A stretch of 61,381 nt of DNA, counting the filler, from Globobulimina sp. (Eukaryota), in assembly GCA_003354225.1 (NCBI GenBank). It is 11 parts of 11 records of this genome, joined end to end, with 100 filler letters (N's around TTAATTAATTAA, not from the genome) between each part and the next. Parts side by side here need not be neighbours in the genome. Positions count along the whole stretch, not along the records: positions 5,601 to 11,099 come from PIVH01000541.1; positions 11,200 to 16,694 come from PIVH01000542.1; positions 16,795 to 22,286 come from PIVH01000543.1; positions 22,387 to 27,874 come from PIVH01000544.1; 7 more parts are not named here. The stretch is one strand, 5' to 3'. Numbering within the stretch: position 1 is the first letter of the stretch; the number at the start of each line of letters is the position of its first letter. The notes beneath the pieces are model-generated. The model had not been told where the DNA came from. It searched no databases and saw nothing but the letters and a program-made list of their open reading frames with translations. A program made the position numbers and the translations under genes. Shown in pieces: positions 10,941 to 22,387 of this stretch.

Positions 10941-11099
10941 CAACCATAAATTATCAGATGTAATAAAGGTATAAGCAATGACTCTGATAATATATGCAAA
11001 AAGTCCAATGTGTATCATATATCGATATCCCACATTGTTCATAAACCAGCCTGAAATGTACAATAATATCATTTCTGACGGTATTGATGCGCCAACAGC
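10895..11099 (-). CDS. Continuation of the MFS transporter (second half, truncated)
   Basis: ...GLFAYIIRVIAYTFITSDNLWLLLFTEPLHGFIFGL directly continues the peptide broken at 5601. Confidence 0.8.
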
Positions 11100-11216
11100 N
11101 NNNNNNNNNNNNNNNNNNNNNNNNNNNNNNNNNNNNNNNNNNNTTAATTAATTAANNNNNNNNNNNNNNNNNNNNNNNNNNNNNNNNNNNNNNNNNNNNG
11201 TTCCAAGCACTCGAAC

Positions 11217-11901
11217 TCAAGGCGAATTCGACCGGATAAATTCCAAAGGTCTAACATATGCTTTGTCTGAGGGATATAGCGCAGCATCAATGGTATCTAA
11301 ATCATATCGTAATTCATATAATTCATCGAAACTTACGCCATTCCCAGAAACTGAAAATGCATTGACAGATAATCTGATACAATTTGCACACAAGTTCTGA
11401 ATCTGTTGTTCTGATATAATATGCAATGGTTGTTCTGAATCTGATAGCAGTGCTTGTTCTGTGGAATACACAATGTAGCTTTGTGTCTCATCAATGGATA
11501 GTCCCTCGAGTCCACGACCACTGACTACATTTACACGTTCATTTACATCACGATATTTTGGGTTTCTAATAAATATGATATCCATTGTCTGTTATCCCCT
11601 CGATATCCATTGCATATCCATCGCCCATCGAAGAGGATACCCGACAGGTTGCGTCTACGTCGAAATGAAAGCCAGCAAATCCTTTATTTCCCACCTCCTC
11701 ATCACTAACTGCACAATATGAACCATCTACAAAATTGAATGCCATACCAGATATTTCAGTCACTTCTATGCCAGTTTCGGCATACTCTTCACCATTTGGT
11801 ATGCGGTGGAATCCATTCGCCGCAATCATATCACCGGCGAAAGTCAATAAACAACATGATGTCCAGGTGGCGAACAGTAACAGCCAAACAATTGGGCGCA
11901 T
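11217..11901 (-). pseudogene. Secreted phytase-like/esterase-like beta-propeller protein, frame-disrupted near 11570-11590
   Basis: Signal peptide MRPIVWLLLFATW; EISGM, YCAVSDE, MDIEGI, then GRGLEGLS in another frame. Confidence 0.5.
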
Positions 11902-12272
11902 CTTCTTGTATTTAATGTTAAAAGGCTTAATTTGTTTTTTGGTAATCTGTAATCTGGCACTAGCAACGGTAAAATCCTGATTGTTGAATGTAGATAAGAA
12001 ATTCTTCATCATCATCATCAGTGTTTTTTCAGCCTTCTACTTTGTACTGTGGACAGATGGAGCCATTATGAGGCTGTGGCATGCAAATATAAGCACGATG
12101 AATTTTTGCTTCCTTTATGTTTTTTTTCACCCTTTAACTTTCCCTTTGTCTATACCATTATCTCATAATCGGAGCCATTCTAAAAATAGATTGTCATAAT
12201 CTACCTTAAAAAACTTTTGGACTAATTTCCAACAATTCGTCACAAAGCGCAAAGCACAAAACAGGTTGCCAC

Positions 12273-13898
12273 ATGCTACCAAAATTGAGCAGGTTCTCAT
12301 ATCCATGCACCAATAAACTCAAAATAAAGTGTACACCACTGGCACGCCACAATTATTCATCGCCGGCAGCCTCAGACATAAAAAAACGAGATGGAAGCAC
12401 AGGCGACATCCGCCCCGAACGAGCATTTATAGAATATGACAGACATTCTGAAGAATACAGGCCAGCATTGGAGCGGATACACGATTTCGAAGAGATAGCA
12501 TTGTCCCCCACAGACTTCACCTTTTCACAGCGCCAAGCTCAAGCAGCGCGTTGCATGGATTGTGGCACACCGTTTTGTCAATCGTACACCGGCTGTCCAT
12601 TAAACAATTTAATCCCTGAATGGAACGACTTAGTCTACAAAAACGACTGGAAACAAGCCATAATACGGTTGCACGAAACCAACAATTTCCCTGAATTCAC
12701 GGGCAGAGTTTGCCCGGCTCCCTGCGAAGGTGCCTGCGTCGTGGGATTGGTGGACGACGCAGTCACTATAAAAAACATTGAATACAGCATTGTACATCAC
12801 GCATTTGAGAATAACTACATTTCGGCGCGCATCCCGCCAAACAGAAGTGGCTTACATGTGGCTGTCATTGGCAGTGGACCCTCCGGCTTGGCTGCAGCAG
12901 ACATATTGAACCAATATGGCCATTCTGTGCATGTGTATGAACGGGAAGATATGATTGGGGGCTTACTGATGTACGGCATTCCAAATATGAAGCTGTCGAA
13001 AGATATTGTGATGCGAAGGGTGGACTTGTTGCAAAAGGAAGGCATTGTATTCCACACTAATTCTTCTGTCAACGATGTGGAAGCTTTACACGAAGCTCAT
13101 GACGCTGTGGTGTTATGTATCGGGAGCACTGTGCCGCGAGATGTAGCAAAGGGTATAAAGGGGAGGGAGCTGGAAGGCATACACTATGCGATGGAGTTCT
13201 TGACCAGAAACCAGAAATATTTGTTGATGAATAAGGAGACTGGGAATATGCACAGCAAATGGCATGAAATGGTGAATGCGAAGGGTAAGAATGTGATTGT
13301 GATCGGTGGAGGTGATACGGGCAACGATTGCATTGGCACTGCCATGAGGCATTCGGCGAAATCGATTATTAATTTAGAATTAATGAGTAAGCCACCAATG
13401 CAGCGCAATAATGCAATAAATCCATGGCCGCAATATCCAAAGGTGTTTAGTGTGGATTATGGCCACGAAGAAGTAAAAGCGAATTTTGGTTACGATCCTC
13501 GGAATTATAACATTTTGACAAAGGAGTTTATTGGGGATAGTAAGGGCAATGTCAAAGGGTTGAAAACTGTGCAAGTGGACGGTAATTTTAATGTTGTTCC
13601 AGATTCAGAGAAAGTGTATCCTGCTGAATTGGTGTTGCTAGCGATGGGATTTGTTCATCCTGAAACAGAAATTATCAATGCGTTGAATGTAAATGTTAAA
13701 TATAATAATAAGGATAACAATGGTCCGTTTACTATTGATGCGCAAAGTGAGTATAAGACCAATGTAAATGGTATATTTGCGGCGGGTGATTGTAGGAGAG
13801 GGCAATCGTTGGTGGTTTGGGCTATAGCTGAAGGCAGAGGAGTTGCCAAATCCGTACAAAACTATTTTAAATCTATGGGATATTTAAATCATAAATAA
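12273..13898 (+). CDS. gltD: Glutamate synthase small (beta) subunit with N-terminal presequence-like extension
   Basis: [85 protein letters not shown]. Confidence 0.95.
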   Translation: MLPKLSRFSYPCTNKLKIKCTPLARHNYSSPAASDIKKRDGSTGDIRPERAFIEYDRHSEEYRPALERIHDFEEIALSPTDFTFSQRQAQAARCMDCGTPFCQSYTGCPLNNLIPEWNDLVYKNDWKQAIIRLHETNNFPEFTGRVCPAPCEGACVVGLVDDAVTIKNIEYSIVHHAFENNYISARIPPNRSGLHVAVIGSGPSGLAAADILNQYGHSVHVYEREDMIGGLLMYGIPNMKLSKDIVMRRVDLLQKEGIVFHTNSSVNDVEALHEAHDAVVLCIGSTVPRDVAKGIKGRELEGIHYAMEFLTRNQKYLLMNKETGNMHSKWHEMVNAKGKNVIVIGGGDTGNDCIGTAMRHSAKSIINLELMSKPPMQRNNAINPWPQYPKVFSVDYGHEEVKANFGYDPRNYNILTKEFIGDSKGNVKGLKTVQVDGNFNVVPDSEKVYPAELVLLAMGFVHPETEIINALNVNVKYNNKDNNGPFTIDAQSEYKTNVNGIFAAGDCRRGQSLVVWAIAEGRGVAKSVQNYFKSMGYLNHK

Positions 13899-14061
13899 TG
13901 ATGTTCATTGGAATTAGCTAGCCTTTTTTTTTCAATTGTTTGTTTGCTAGCGCTTTTTTTTTATATTTATTTTTAATGTTTTTAATTTTTTCATCACCGA
14001 GATATATGGAGTTGTTTTCGATATTGAAGTTTTCTTGAAGTGAGTTCGGCGTTTTAAATAT

Positions 14062-15286
14062 ATGGCATCCGCTCCCGCTCCCGCTTTTATGGGCAGCAGA
14101 AACACACAATTTAGTGGCTTGTTGTTGTCTCTTTTCATAATTGATACAATATGCCGTCCATCATTAGTTGGATATGGCGGCATGGCAGCATCGGAACATT
14201 ATATTGCAACAGAAGCTGGAATTGAGGCATATTAATGTTTTGTTTTGATGCATGCTACAATATTATATACAAATAAATAATAATATAAATATATAAAAGA
14301 TATTAAAAGCAGGAGGTAACGCTGCTGATGCTGCTCTGGCAATGCAGTTGGTATTGAATCAGGTTCAACCAACATCGTCAGGAATAGGTGGTGGCTGTTT
14401 CATATTGTATTATCATTCCGACTCAAAACAAGTGTATGCCATTGACGGACGGGAAGAGGCTCCAAAAGCTTTTAATCCGCGAGTATTCTGTCGGGATATT
14501 CATTGTTTCCTACAAAATACAACCAACTATGAAGCACACAATCAGTGTAACTGCAAGTTTTTAAATCAAACAATATCGTCACAATTATCATATGGTGGGC
14601 TAAGTGTTGGTGTACCCGGAACATTATACGCTTATTATTTACTTAACAAATATTTTGGGTCATGCAATGGCAATAAATGGACGGACTCATTTCAGTATGC
14701 AATCAACATTGCGAGGAATGGATTTAATTTAAGTCAATCTCTTTATAACTCAATCAATGGAAATAGCAAATTGTCGGCGTTTGCAGCTTCCAGAAAAGTA
14801 TTTTTCAGAGAAAATAGCAGCATTCCAAAGGTTGAAGCAGGCGAATTATTTATCAATGAAGATTTTGCAAATACATTAGAATCGCTATCAAAGAGTGGTG
14901 ATGATGCTGTTGATATATTTTATAATGGTGATATTGCCAAAGCCATTGTAGATGTCGTGAAAAGTGAAGGGAATTATTCTATGGGCGGCTTATATCCACG
15001 TTGGGGTTTGATGGAAGAGGAAGATATCAATGGATATCGCGCTGTGTTTCGTGAGCCAATTGTATCAAATTACGGCGATGGGGTAGATGCTAAATATAAA
15101 ATGTGGGGTCATGCAATGCCTTCAAGTGGCTCACTGACAGTCGAGTATTTGATGAATTTGTTATATTTTACACAGAAGAATGGCAATAATAATCCAAATG
15201 ATTTTGTTAATGGAGAAACATTGAGAAATTATAGTATTTATAGTGATGTGGCAGCTCATTATTTGTTCACAGCAAATAACAGCTGA
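14062..15286 (+). CDS. ggt: Gamma-glutamyltranspeptidase, large-subunit part only; exon 14062-14226, GC-AG intron 14227-14299, exon 14300-15286
   Basis: GMAASEH..ATEAGIE/ILKAGGNAADAA, SSGIGGGCF, IDGREEAP, SVGVPGT, FYNGDIA, MPSSG. No small-subunit Thr motif before the stop. Confidence 0.85.
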
Positions 15287-15534
15287 AGGTATGCTTATGT
15301 ATTACACGATAACTATTAATATATATATAAAAAAAACTGATATCAGCGCAGCCGCAATCAGTGCTATTGACAGTGAAAATATTACAATTTGGGGACACTG
15401 ATATGAATAAATCCCATGGATGAAATACTATTTCGAGAACTACTAATAATAACTTAAGTATTTACTAAAAAAACCAAAAAACCAAAACCTAAAAAAACAA
15501 AAAAATAACTTCTTTTTAGATTTAAACGACTCAA

Positions 15535-15993
15535 TTAAAAAAATATTTGCTCTTTTCTTCCTTTAAGACAACCATTAATGTAGGACTCTTTCCAATCAAC
15601 ATCTTCGAGTTTGAACTCATCTGTGATAATTATCACTTGACTGTTAACACAATCACTTCCTGCTTTTCCATGTGAATAACCAAGATCATAAAGACCAAGA
15701 ATGAAACCTTCTTTGTAGTATTCAGGATTACAATCTGTACATTTCCAACCTTGCATTGTCATTGCATCATCACGTCCATTTTGTCGCCGCCTGTGATGGT
15801 CTATAACTCCACCGAGTGCGAAACCTATAACTCCACCGGCGGCAATTGTAACAGGATCAAGTACTAATCTTCTTGCCTTAACCCCCCAGATCTTTCCATT
15901 TTCTGCGCTGTCTTTCTTAATAATTGGTTCCAATCCATTTATGCTTACTACACCTATGGCTAAAAATACTGTTATTGAAAATAAATTGCACAT
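15535..15993 (-). CDS. Small secreted protein (signal peptide, ARRL motif, Gly-rich hydrophobic segment, Cys-containing tail)
   Basis: MCNLFSITVFLAIGVVSING; KARRL; AAGGVIGFALGGV. Confidence 0.6.
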   Translation of the reverse strand: MCNLFSITVFLAIGVVSINGLEPIIKKDSAENGKIWGVKARRLVLDPVTIAAGGVIGFALGGVIDHHRRRQNGRDDAMTMQGWKCTDCNPEYYKEGFILGLYDLGYSHGKAGSDCVNSQVIIITDEFKLEDVDWKESYINGCLKGRKEQIFF

Positions 15994-16365
15994 GATGTGT
16001 GTTACTATTATTTTGTGAGTGTATGCAAAATACTCATAATAGCATCATTTTCTGATTATGAGTATCAGAATCAGATATGAATACAGAATGTCATATTCAT
16101 AGCAGATAGGGATTTGGATTTAAACTGGTTTTTACAATACTTGTCTCTCTTCTTTTAGATTTGCAACTTTCAACTTTAGAGATTTATGACTTTTGGGAAT
16201 TGACTAGTGCCAACTAACTTTTTTTCTACTACTAATACTTAAATACTCAAATACTCAAAAAGCACTTAGTCAATTGCCTGCTGGGAGCGTGGGTTAATTA
16301 AAAGTACTCATTCCACTCCTCCCTTGACATGATTATAAAATTTATAATTGATTTGGAAAATAGTC

Positions 16366-16630
16366 CCCCACCTAGCTCAATTGGTAGAGCATTGTTCACC
16401 GCCACCATCTTAAATTTTGTGTTTGTTGTTGTGGCCGGTGATGATGGCGGTGCACTGTGCCATCATCATTGTAATAATCTAATAATCCAATAATTCAAAC
16501 GCAATAATTATTATAATTTGTAATATTGTAACGTGAGAAGGATGCTGTTTGATTATACTGAATTTTCACGCTACATAATTGATTTTATTCTTGTATTTGT
16601 AGAGCATGCGTCTCATAGCAGAGGCTCGTG
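16366..16630 (+). pseudogene. Interrupted, decayed tRNA-Met(CAT)-like gene
   Basis: A-box/D-arm TAGCTCAATTGGTAGAGCAT (16373-16392) and anticodon arm GTAGAGCATGCGTCTCATA (from 16599), separated by 206 bp with GTAGAGCAT duplicated. No T-arm on this strand. Confidence 0.6.
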
Positions 16631-16668
16631 TTTAATTAATAATGAAATAATAATAATCCATATCCATC

Positions 16669-16694
16669 TCATCACCGTAGGATTCGAACCTACA
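16669..16694 (-). tRNA. 3' end of a tRNA gene (T-arm + acceptor strand), cut by the contig edge; isotype unknown
   Basis: Minus strand GTAGG-TTCGAAT-CCTAC perfect T-arm/B-box followed by GGTGATG-A. Confidence 0.6.
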
Positions 16695-16794
16695 NNNNNN
16701 NNNNNNNNNNNNNNNNNNNNNNNNNNNNNNNNNNNNNNTTAATTAATTAANNNNNNNNNNNNNNNNNNNNNNNNNNNNNNNNNNNNNNNNNNNN

Positions 16795-17995
16795 TTTTTC
16801 AACTTTAAGTTCTTGTTTGAATTTCATATAAAATATATTGTTGTTGTGCTGTTGCGTGGTACCGTTAAATATTTGGTAATTGGAAGCGTAGCCACATTTA
16901 AATCGATTGTCACCTTCAAATAACGATAAATATCCGTCCAATTCGCGGCGTTTCTCTTCTTCAAATACATTCAAATCAAAATATAATCCATTGGCAAAGC
17001 AACGGAATACATCAAAATCATCTGCGAAATACAAATAACTGTTGCTGTCAATGCCGCAGTACCGCTTATCCCAACGTTTCAAGCCATCTTCGCATTGCTC
17101 AAAGACCCAAACATAGCCTTCCCGCAATATCTCCATTTTATGCAGCTCATCCTATGCAATATCAAAAACCAAAAACGTTGGTTTCCAAACGGAGTTATAG
17201 TGAGAAACGTACCTGCATCAAATGTGAGAATTTATCCATCCAAACTTGTCTAGATTTATGTGACAAGGTAGCAATTTGAAATTGTTTATCACTGCGACTT
17301 AATTTCACGGCATATTCGCGTCTGTTATTAAAATATCGAAAACGTTCTCTGTCATTATACGTGATCATATTTAATTGTTCCATCTTGACACAATCTTTGT
17401 ATTTTGACTGTGTCTCATCTTCATAGATTCGCAAATGATACTTATCCGTCAATACACACCAGCGAGCTTTCCATTTATTGTTTGCGTTATCGATCAACAA
17501 ATGGGCTTCATGCAATATGTGGCCATACACTGTTGCTTTCACTTTGGTGCTCCACGCAGTCATTGCTTCCGCATCGGCGCATTTTAAGTGCCATATTCGT
17601 TTTGGAGTATACAGTTTAAAAATAAATTCAACTATTTGCGAGGAAGCGGAACTTGAGGTTTTTTCACTTTTTTGATTGTCTTTTAATGAGTGATAGGTTT
17701 TCTGTTCTTCGTAATACATGGCATTCTTTGTAATATCTGGATTATTTACTTCGTAGACGGTATGGGTGTTATCGAATTGATGCGTTGATATTCCTGTGAC
17801 TAAGTGTAAATTTATGAAACCGATTTCTTTGTCTGATGCGGTGGATGGTTTTGTAGAGTAATATTTCAATTTTCTGTCTAGATATAAGATGAAATATCGC
17901 TTCTTCCAGCTTTTGTTCAGTTTTCCTTTCTTATGTAAGTATCCTTCGTATAGTTTGTTGACCAACACCTGTGAATCATCCAATTGTGCTGCCAT
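16795..17995 (-). CDS. Multi-PH-domain protein (at least 3 PH), 3'-partial; intron 17212-17152
   Basis: YEGYLHKKGKLNKSWKKRYFIL, KWKARWCVL, REGYVW..RWDKRYC; phase-0 GT-AG intron joins the ORFs. Confidence 0.9.
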
Positions 17996-18075
17996 GCTCT
18001 GAAAAAGAAAGTACTCATAAACTGTTATATATAATAGTGTAACAAACTTAGTTAGAGACTAAAAGCTATAAAAGA

Positions 18076-19579
18076 ATGTCAAATCCAAGAGAAACAGAAA
18101 ATGAATCCATGATTCAGAAGGATGAGTCATTTGGTATTCGATTCAATTATGCAAAATCGCAATATAGAGATGCGTGGTGCGCCGTAACGTACATAATTCA
18201 TTTAATAATAATGGTTGCGGTGACTGCATATTTAGCCTCTCTCGCGGCCGACGACGTAAATACAAACAGCAATGAAGCAAATGAAGAAACAGAAGAAATA
18301 GAGTTTACGGGAGCAATAGTAGTTGTTATCTCGTGTGCCATCGTCGGATTGGTACTTGGTTTTATTTGGCTAACCATTTTAAAACGATATGCATTGCAGA
18401 TCATTAAAATGATGCTCTATTTGAATATTTGCCTCTGGATTGTATTAGTTATTGTCGGTATTGTGAGCGCACAATTTGTGTTAGCAATCGTAGCTGCTAT
18501 TTTTGTTGTATTTTGGGTGTTATATATGTGGTGCATGCGGGAACGCATCCGATTTGCGTCCGTATTGCTCAGTTTATCCTCGCGTATAGTTTCCGCATTT
18601 CCAGGCACAGTTTGCGTAGCAATCAGTATGATAACCTTGACAGTGATATGGATCATAGTGTGGTTGGTTTGTGCGGGCTCATATATGTTTGTTACAAGAA
18701 CGGAAACAGTGAATCCAGAAAGTGGAGAAACAGAATATGGCACTTCAGCAAATATGTTTGTCGTATTTCTCTTATTCGTCTCATTATACTGGGTCATCCA
18801 GGTCAACTCCAATGTGTCTCATACAACCTCGTGTGGTGTGGCCGCCTCATGGTATTTTACACCGCCTCAGGAGCCAATGGGTGGTACACAGCCTGCATTC
18901 AAACGGAGTATGACAACCTCGTTCGGTTCGATTTGTTTGGGTTCGTTAATTGTTGCTATATTACAAGCCATTCGTGCAATGATCGAGAGCGCGCAAAGAA
19001 AAAGAGATGGCGGTGCTTTGTTATTATGCTTGCTTCAATGTTGTGTGGGCTGTATCGAAAGATGTATTCGCTGGTTTAATAAGTATGCCTTTGCTCATTG
19101 TGGTATGTTTTGTGAATGTTTTTGTTTGAATGCATGTATGTGTTTATTAATAATGCATAGCTATTTATGGCACCTCATTCATGACCTCCGCGGGTGCAAC
19201 CTGGCGATTATTGTCAAGCAGAGGTATTTTAGCATTGATTAATGACGATTTAAGCGGTATGGCTTTGTTTGCGGGCGGCTTAATCAGTGCAGTGTTATGT
19301 GGATTAATTGGTGCTGGCATTGCGTATCCATTTTATGGCGGTACTAGTTCTGGTTCAGATATGATTGTTGCGTTGGCTGTGTATGGCGCTATTTCTGGTT
19401 TTGTATTGACATTGTTAGTATTATCTGCGGTGCGCTCTGCCATTGTTTGTTTATTTGGATGTTTTGCAGAAGAACCAGCAGTGTTATATGAAAATAGAAG
19501 AGGTGATTTTGATGAGTTGGCTGGGGTTAAACCGGAATTTCAAACTGTTTATGATAACTGGGGAATAACATCGGTATAA
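18076..19579 (+). CDS. Choline transporter-like (CTL/SLC44/PNS1) protein; intron 19103-19160
   Basis: YRDAWC, ASWYF, SFGSICLGSLIVAILQ, FNKYAFAHC/AIYGTSF, ALINDDL, CFAEEP. Confidence 0.92.
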
Positions 19580-19651
19580 CTCTTATTATAATTTTAGGAT
19601 ACACCGTGTCTTGTTGTTTATTTTTTGTTTTGTAGTAAGTGCAAGGATAAA

Positions 19652-20365
19652 CTAAGTGTAGTTAGTCAGTGTAGAACATGAATAAATTTCAATCTCGCGC
19701 GTCTTGAAATGACTTTCATCGCCATTTAAATAGTACGGAGCTGGAATGAAATAACCAGTCGCTGCTGTCCATGATAACCGATTTGTATTTGAGTGGGACC
19801 GAATGGCGATATCATTGCCTCCAAAACAGCACATATACAGATTACCACCGTTAAATATTGCATTTCGTCCATTATCTGTGTGTGCAAAAATTTGTGGTGG
19901 ATAATTTTTTGATGATCTGATTAATATTAAAAATGCATCCTTATCATCACTGTAAGTGCTCTTAGTTTTGGTTGCGACAGAAAGATATCCACCAAATACA
20001 TTGTCGGAAACTGTGTGTATTACACTCACAGTATTTCGTATATTGTCACATTTCCTATGCCAATCTTGTACCTTCCAACCATCCCTACTCGCTCTATAAA
20101 TCAAATTCCATTCTTTATATTGAATATTTTTATTTGATTCCTCCATTAAACGTAAAAAGATTGTACTTTCATTCTCGGTCAAAATTAATGAATCAATCAC
20201 TTGGTTTGTTATTTAATATTGTATTTACAACAAAAATATGCATTTCAAATTAACATATTACGTACGGATAAAATAGAAATCAAAACAAATTTTATTCAAT
20301 GATTCGGGAATTATTTGCCCATTTAAATATTGTTGAAAAGATCGCATGTAACCATCAATCAACAA
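19652..20365 (-). CDS. TLDc-domain protein; exon 20365-20266, intron 20265-20200, exon 20199-19652 (first exon not located)
   Basis: LIYRASRDGW, HRKCDN, NVFGGY, DKDAFL, FGGND, EIEIY. Upstream exon reads LLIDGYMRSFQQYLNGQIIPESLNKICFDFYF. Confidence 0.88.
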
Positions 20366-20660
20366 CTAATTATGGAATATTGTGCGTATTTGTTTCTTGA
20401 CAAAGAATGAATCAAATATTGTTAACAATGCTTTGTATTTTAGTCAAGATTAGTGCTGATTGTGACATGATAACGTAAACTCTAAAAACTTCAGCAGGTT
20501 TTTTCAAAAGACTAAGAAATCAATATTGATATTTTACAAACCGAATTAAAAGTAAGTAAATCAACATAAAATGACACACGAAAGAGAGGAGTAACACATC
20601 TGAAAATAATTAACAAAACAAAATGTTTCTATAAACAATAGTATTTAATATACATTATAA

Positions 20661-22271
20661 TTACTGATATTTAACTGCAGACTTATGATACACGGAAGAA
20701 TCAGCTTGTTTATATTTAAATGACTGTAGCTCTTTTAATTTGGATTCATTTACTTTCAAATTATTGCGCAAATATTGCATGGTTGCTTTGTTAACTTTTG
20801 CATGATTCATCCACCAAACAATACGCCATAAAACATTTGCATTCTCCATACATTTATTTTGCACAAAATCAAACGAGAAAATATATTTAATAATATCTAA
20901 TTTGTTCATTTTTACTGCATATTCCAATGGATTAATATTCATATCATCCGCAATCAATATATTATCCAAAAAGGATTTATCTCCGATAATCCACACCAAT
21001 TTTTGTAAAATGCGCAACTGATTAAAATGCACTGTTTGTGTAAGTATCCGATAAACGGAATAATCATTTCCATGAATTCCATCTGAATTTGAATTATTGA
21101 CATATTTATAACCCATAAAATGTATCACCTCTTCACCTGTAATACCCAACTCTGACAATACATAATCAATCACATTCTCGTTATGGCAAAATGCAAATAA
21201 CCATATTAATATTCTATATCTTAGATTGGAATCATTTTTATATTTCTCTTTGATTTTTGTCATATTAAATAGCTTTTCAATGATACCCATATCGCCCCTA
21301 ACAACTGCATTTTCAATGGAATTAATATTATTTGAATTGGATAACAACAAACAATCAATAAATAATGCTTCGTTGATAACAGATTGCAAAAAGGTGAAAC
21401 ATTTCTCATTCCCTTTGATACAAATTGTGTGCAATATAGATTCCCGAAACACGCCATAAGCCATAATATCAGTTTCTTTTTGATTATTAATAACCATCAA
21501 ACCATAAAGCCCCACCACATCATCTTTATTTGCTGCAATCCAAAGTTGTTTATAATTGTCTAACAATGTCGGCAAAATATTGCTGACTGAATTGTCCATA
21601 TATTCTTCTTGTCTTTGTATCGAATATAAATTATGTCCCTTACTCTTGAAATCTTTCATAGTTTGAAGCAAGAATTGGATCTCTCCAATCAAGCTATTCT
21701 GCTCTCCTTTTATTAATACATTCAGCTTAATATCTGCATATTGCCTTTCTTGCACATAATCAGCAAACCTGTTTTTACTGCGACAAATCCCAATAATGTT
21801 GCCACTCTGATAATATTTTACTTTGTTTTTAAGCACATTCAAAGCTAATAACAATGCACGAATGTCATTGAAAACCAAGGCGCACCGATTTATGTCAAGT
21901 ATGCAGGCTGAGGTTGGATACGATTGTTCAAAATAATCATTCTCTGCTTTCGACCGTGCTCTTTGTAGTAATTTAACCGGTCCTCGAATGTAGCCAACAA
22001 TTTTGGCAATTTCACGATTTTCTTTTTCATCGATATCCATATCAATATCAAGATAACCAATATTTGAATGCTTGTCAATGTTAAATATGTTTTGTACCGA
22101 CCTTTGGAACTCATCATCGACAATGTTGCCTAATAAAACCAACTCAGATAAATACTGATTATAATCGTAAAATCGATGACTATTAAAAACAGCGGATGAG
22201 GAACTATTTTCTATCAATGATTGGAATGTATATTTTGGTTTAATTGCATTTGGCACAATATCTTGTCGCAC
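20661..22271 (-). CDS. RelA/SpoT-like (Pol-beta nucleotidyltransferase fold) domain + ankyrin-like repeats, 5'-partial
   Basis: GPVK..RA..K..NDY, ILDINRC, KNRF, YADIKLNV, IGEIQ, H.LY; then ESILHTIC.KGN, NSIENAV.RGD, NPLEYAVKMNK. Confidence 0.7.
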   Translation of the reverse strand: MRQDIVPNAIKPKYTFQSLIENSSSSAVFNSHRFYDYNQYLSELVLLGNIVDDEFQRSVQNIFNIDKHSNIGYLDIDMDIDEKENREIAKIVGYIRGPVKLLQRARSKAENDYFEQSYPTSACILDINRCALVFNDIRALLLALNVLKNKVKYYQSGNIIGICRSKNRFADYVQERQYADIKLNVLIKGEQNSLIGEIQFLLQTMKDFKSKGHNLYSIQRQEEYMDNSVSNILPTLLDNYKQLWIAANKDDVVGLYGLMVINNQKETDIMAYGVFRESILHTICIKGNEKCFTFLQSVINEALFIDCLLLSNSNNINSIENAVVRGDMGIIEKLFNMTKIKEKYKNDSNLRYRILIWLFAFCHNENVIDYVLSELGITGEEVIHFMGYKYVNNSNSDGIHGNDYSVYRILTQTVHFNQLRILQKLVWIIGDKSFLDNILIADDMNINPLEYAVKMNKLDIIKYIFSFDFVQNKCMENANVLWRIVWWMNHAKVNKATMQYLRNNLKVNESKLKELQSFKYKQADSSVYHKSAVKYQ

Positions 22272-22387
22272 AAAATAATATTAATANNNNNNNNNNNNNN
22301 NNNNNNNNNNNNNNNNNNNNNNNNNNNNNNTTAATTAATTAANNNNNNNNNNNNNNNNNNNNNNNNNNNNNNNNNNNNNNNNNNNNA

